Shown one piece after another: positions 62,366 through 64,000 of a stretch of 64,000 bases of DNA. A program made the position numbers and the translations under genes. Position 1 is the first letter of the stretch. Each line of letters opens with the position of its first letter. The notes under the pieces were generated by a model that was not told the origin of the DNA, ran no database searches, and saw only the letters and a program-made list of their open reading frames with translations. The DNA lies in contig JAWKPC010000003.1 in assembly GCA_041390865.1 (NCBI GenBank), positions 342,484 through 406,483 of the forward strand, in the 5' to 3' direction. This DNA is from Thermomicrobiales bacterium. Lineage in GTDB: Bacteria > Chloroflexota > Chloroflexia > Thermomicrobiales > CFX8.

Positions 62366-64000
62366 GTGCGTAATCTTATCGGCCGCCTTCTTGAACGTTC
62401 ACCGTCCGAGCTCGACAGGATCGCCTCATTCTGGGGCGCGGATCTGACCGGGCGGGACCGCTACACGGACGTCGCATCGATCTACCGTGAAATCACCGAT
62501 ATCTGGGCAGCCAGGGATGTCTGGGAAGTCCTTCCCCTCACCCACCAACACATCGTCCTGGCGATGGCGCGCGGTCCGGACCGTCCGGTCGTTCCGGAGG
62601 AACTCGCGGGCCAGGTCGGTGCCCCGGAAGATGACATCGTCGAAGCTCTCCGGGATCTTTACCGGCAGGGCATCGTCGCAGTCGAGCAGGCAGCAAACGA
62701 CGATGACTCTTCACCGCCCCGGCTCTACCTGCCGCGCGAGATTGGCAGCGTCTTCGAGCGGCTCGCCGAAGAGCAGTCCTCTCCGCCCGACCTCAGCCGA
62801 TCGCTCGATGAATTGCTGGCGACCGTACCCTACGTCGATGTCGAAGAAGCGGCCAACCTCTGGGGGGCGAGGGTCATGCCAGGCGTTCACGCCCGGGCCG
62901 AGCTGATCAACATCATCCGTGGAAGGCTGGAGCGGCCGGACCAGGTCTCAGCCGGGATGGAACGGCTGCCGGAAATCGTCAGGCAGCTCTGGCGGCGGCT
63001 TCGAGACGCCGGGGGCTCTATCCCATATGACGCGGCCCGCGAAGCCACTGGATTGTCCACAACGGCCTTTAGAGGCGCGGTGCGGGATCTCGGATCGAGG
63101 CTCCTCGTCTGGCACGCCTATGGACCGTCCGACGATGGGCACGCCCGATACCTCCGAATCCCCGATGGCATCCTCCATCCGCAAGTCCCGGAGCCGGAGC
63201 CGACGCCGGAAATCGCCCGCTTCGAATCCGACGAGGTGTACGAGCCGGGTTGGATGTTCCCGCAGGCGGCCGCCTGGGATCTGCTCACGATCCTTCGCGA
63301 CGCGACCCGCGATGCACCTCGTTCTTCCGCGCTGCTCGGCGGCGACCCGGCGATCCAGCGGCGCCTCGGCCGGCGGCTCTGGAGAGCGGACATGGAAACA
63401 GGCGGGCTGCCGACCGGCTATATGCCCTTCCTTGCCAGAGTCGGGGCATTGTTGGGAGTGCTTCAGGATTACGATGGGCGGACGATTCCCGGTCCGGAAT
63501 CGGAAACCTGGCGCAATGCGGCATTTTCAACGGCGGCTCGCCGGATGGTCGCCGCCTGGACCAGCGCAGAGGAGTGGATTGAAGGCCGGGACCGCATCGA
63601 CCTGGCTATGTACGGCGCCTCATGGCCGGCGTTTCGCGGCACGCTGCTCCGAGCGATCGCCGATATTGGCGACGATGCTTGGAACGACGAGGAGTCGTTC
63701 GTCGAGTACCTGATCGCGACCGAACCGGATCTTCTCCGTCAAGCCCAGGTCGGCTCAACTCCCTCATCCCAACTCCCGATGCGAGTCGGCAACCGGCAGC
63801 GGCCGTCCGACCGTCGAGCTGATGTGCTGCGGCTCGTGATAGCCACGACGATCGAGACCGCCTGCGTCTGGCTCGGGATCGTCGAGCGGTCCCAACACAT
63901 CGAGGGCCGCCGGGCCGTTTTCCGGGTGACACCGTTCGGGCGATGGGTCGGTGGGCGCGGACCGGAGCCTTCAGCGCAACACCTCGGACCGTCGCCGCTC
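62366..64000 (+). CDS. Large hypothetical protein, 3' end runs off the window (at least 545 aa)
   Basis: Uninterrupted frame from GTG at 62366 to the window end. It is absent from the track because no stop lies in the window. It reads VRNLIGRLLERSPSELDRIASFWGADL...ELAGQVGAPEDDIVEALRDLYRQGIV... (winged-helix-like segments). The track ORFs 62487..62906 and 62919..63713 are its wrong-frame shadows. Confidence 0.65.
   Translation, partial: MRNLIGRLLERSPSELDRIASFWGADLTGRDRYTDVASIYREITDIWAARDVWEVLPLTHQHIVLAMARGPDRPVVPEELAGQVGAPEDDIVEALRDLYRQGIVAVEQAANDDDSSPPRLYLPREIGSVFERLAEEQSSPPDLSRSLDELLATVPYVDVEEAANLWGARVMPGVHARAELINIIRGRLERPDQVSAGMERLPEIVRQLWRRLRDAGGSIPYDAAREATGLSTTAFRGAVRDLGSRLLVWHAYGPSDDGHARYLRIPDGILHPQVPEPEPTPEIARFESDEVYEPGWMFPQAAAWDLLTILRDATRDAPRSSALLGGDPAIQRRLGRRLWRADMETGGLPTGYMPFLARVGALLGVLQDYDGRTIPGPESETWRNAAFSTAARRMVAAWTSAEEWIEGRDRIDLAMYGASWPAFRGTLLRAIADIGDDAWNDEESFVEYLIATEPDLLRQAQVGSTPSSQLPMRVGNRQRPSDRRADVLRLVIATTIETACVWLGIVERSQHIEGRRAVFRVTPFGRWVGGRGPEPSAQHLGPSPL

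Noticed and set aside
62487-63713. Track ORFs 62487..62906 and 62919..63713 as genes.
   Set aside because: Both are Ser/Arg/Pro-rich and lie out of frame within the uninterrupted, protein-like frame 62366..64000.

Overview
This is a high-GC bacterial chromosomal window that is densely coding on both strands. I support about 60 CDS, all called from motifs read by eye in the supplied translations; no database search was run.

Content is housekeeping plus cell envelope:
- **Origin-proximal-type cluster (minus strand):** rpmH-rnpA-yidC-jag-(pfkB)-mnmE.
- **Other housekeeping genes:** ispH, dcd, an archaeal-type aspS preceded by a T-box-like leader, rplY (L25/Ctc), rpsU and hemW.
- **Operon:** MoxR-DUF58-DUF4129.
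- **Amine-type gene trio:** MFS transporter, glutamine-synthetase-like ligase, amidohydrolase.
- **Secreted cell-wall enzymes:** L,D-transpeptidase, Amidase_2/PGRP amidase, CAP-domain protein, LysM protein and an LCP (LytR-CpsA-Psr family) protein.
- **Envelope glycosylation locus:** about 8 kb with GT4 and GT-C (membrane, lipid-linked-sugar-dependent fold) glycosyltransferases, a flippase-like protein and a methyltransferase.

I saw no rRNA, tRNA, CRISPR array, transposase, integrase, phage gene or recognisable defence system. I cannot point to a clear new system.

The observations most worth a second look:
1. A roughly 75-aa repeat module shared by three secreted wall enzymes.
2. The Asp/Asn-ambiguous T-box leader.
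3. The envelope glycosylation locus and its uncharacterised members.
4. Several single-base frame disruptions, including one gene broken three times at G4 runs. These are either gene decay or homopolymer assembly errors.
5. Two unexplained lower-GC spacers.

The lineage guess (a monoderm high-GC group such as Chloroflexota/Thermomicrobia-like) is inference only.
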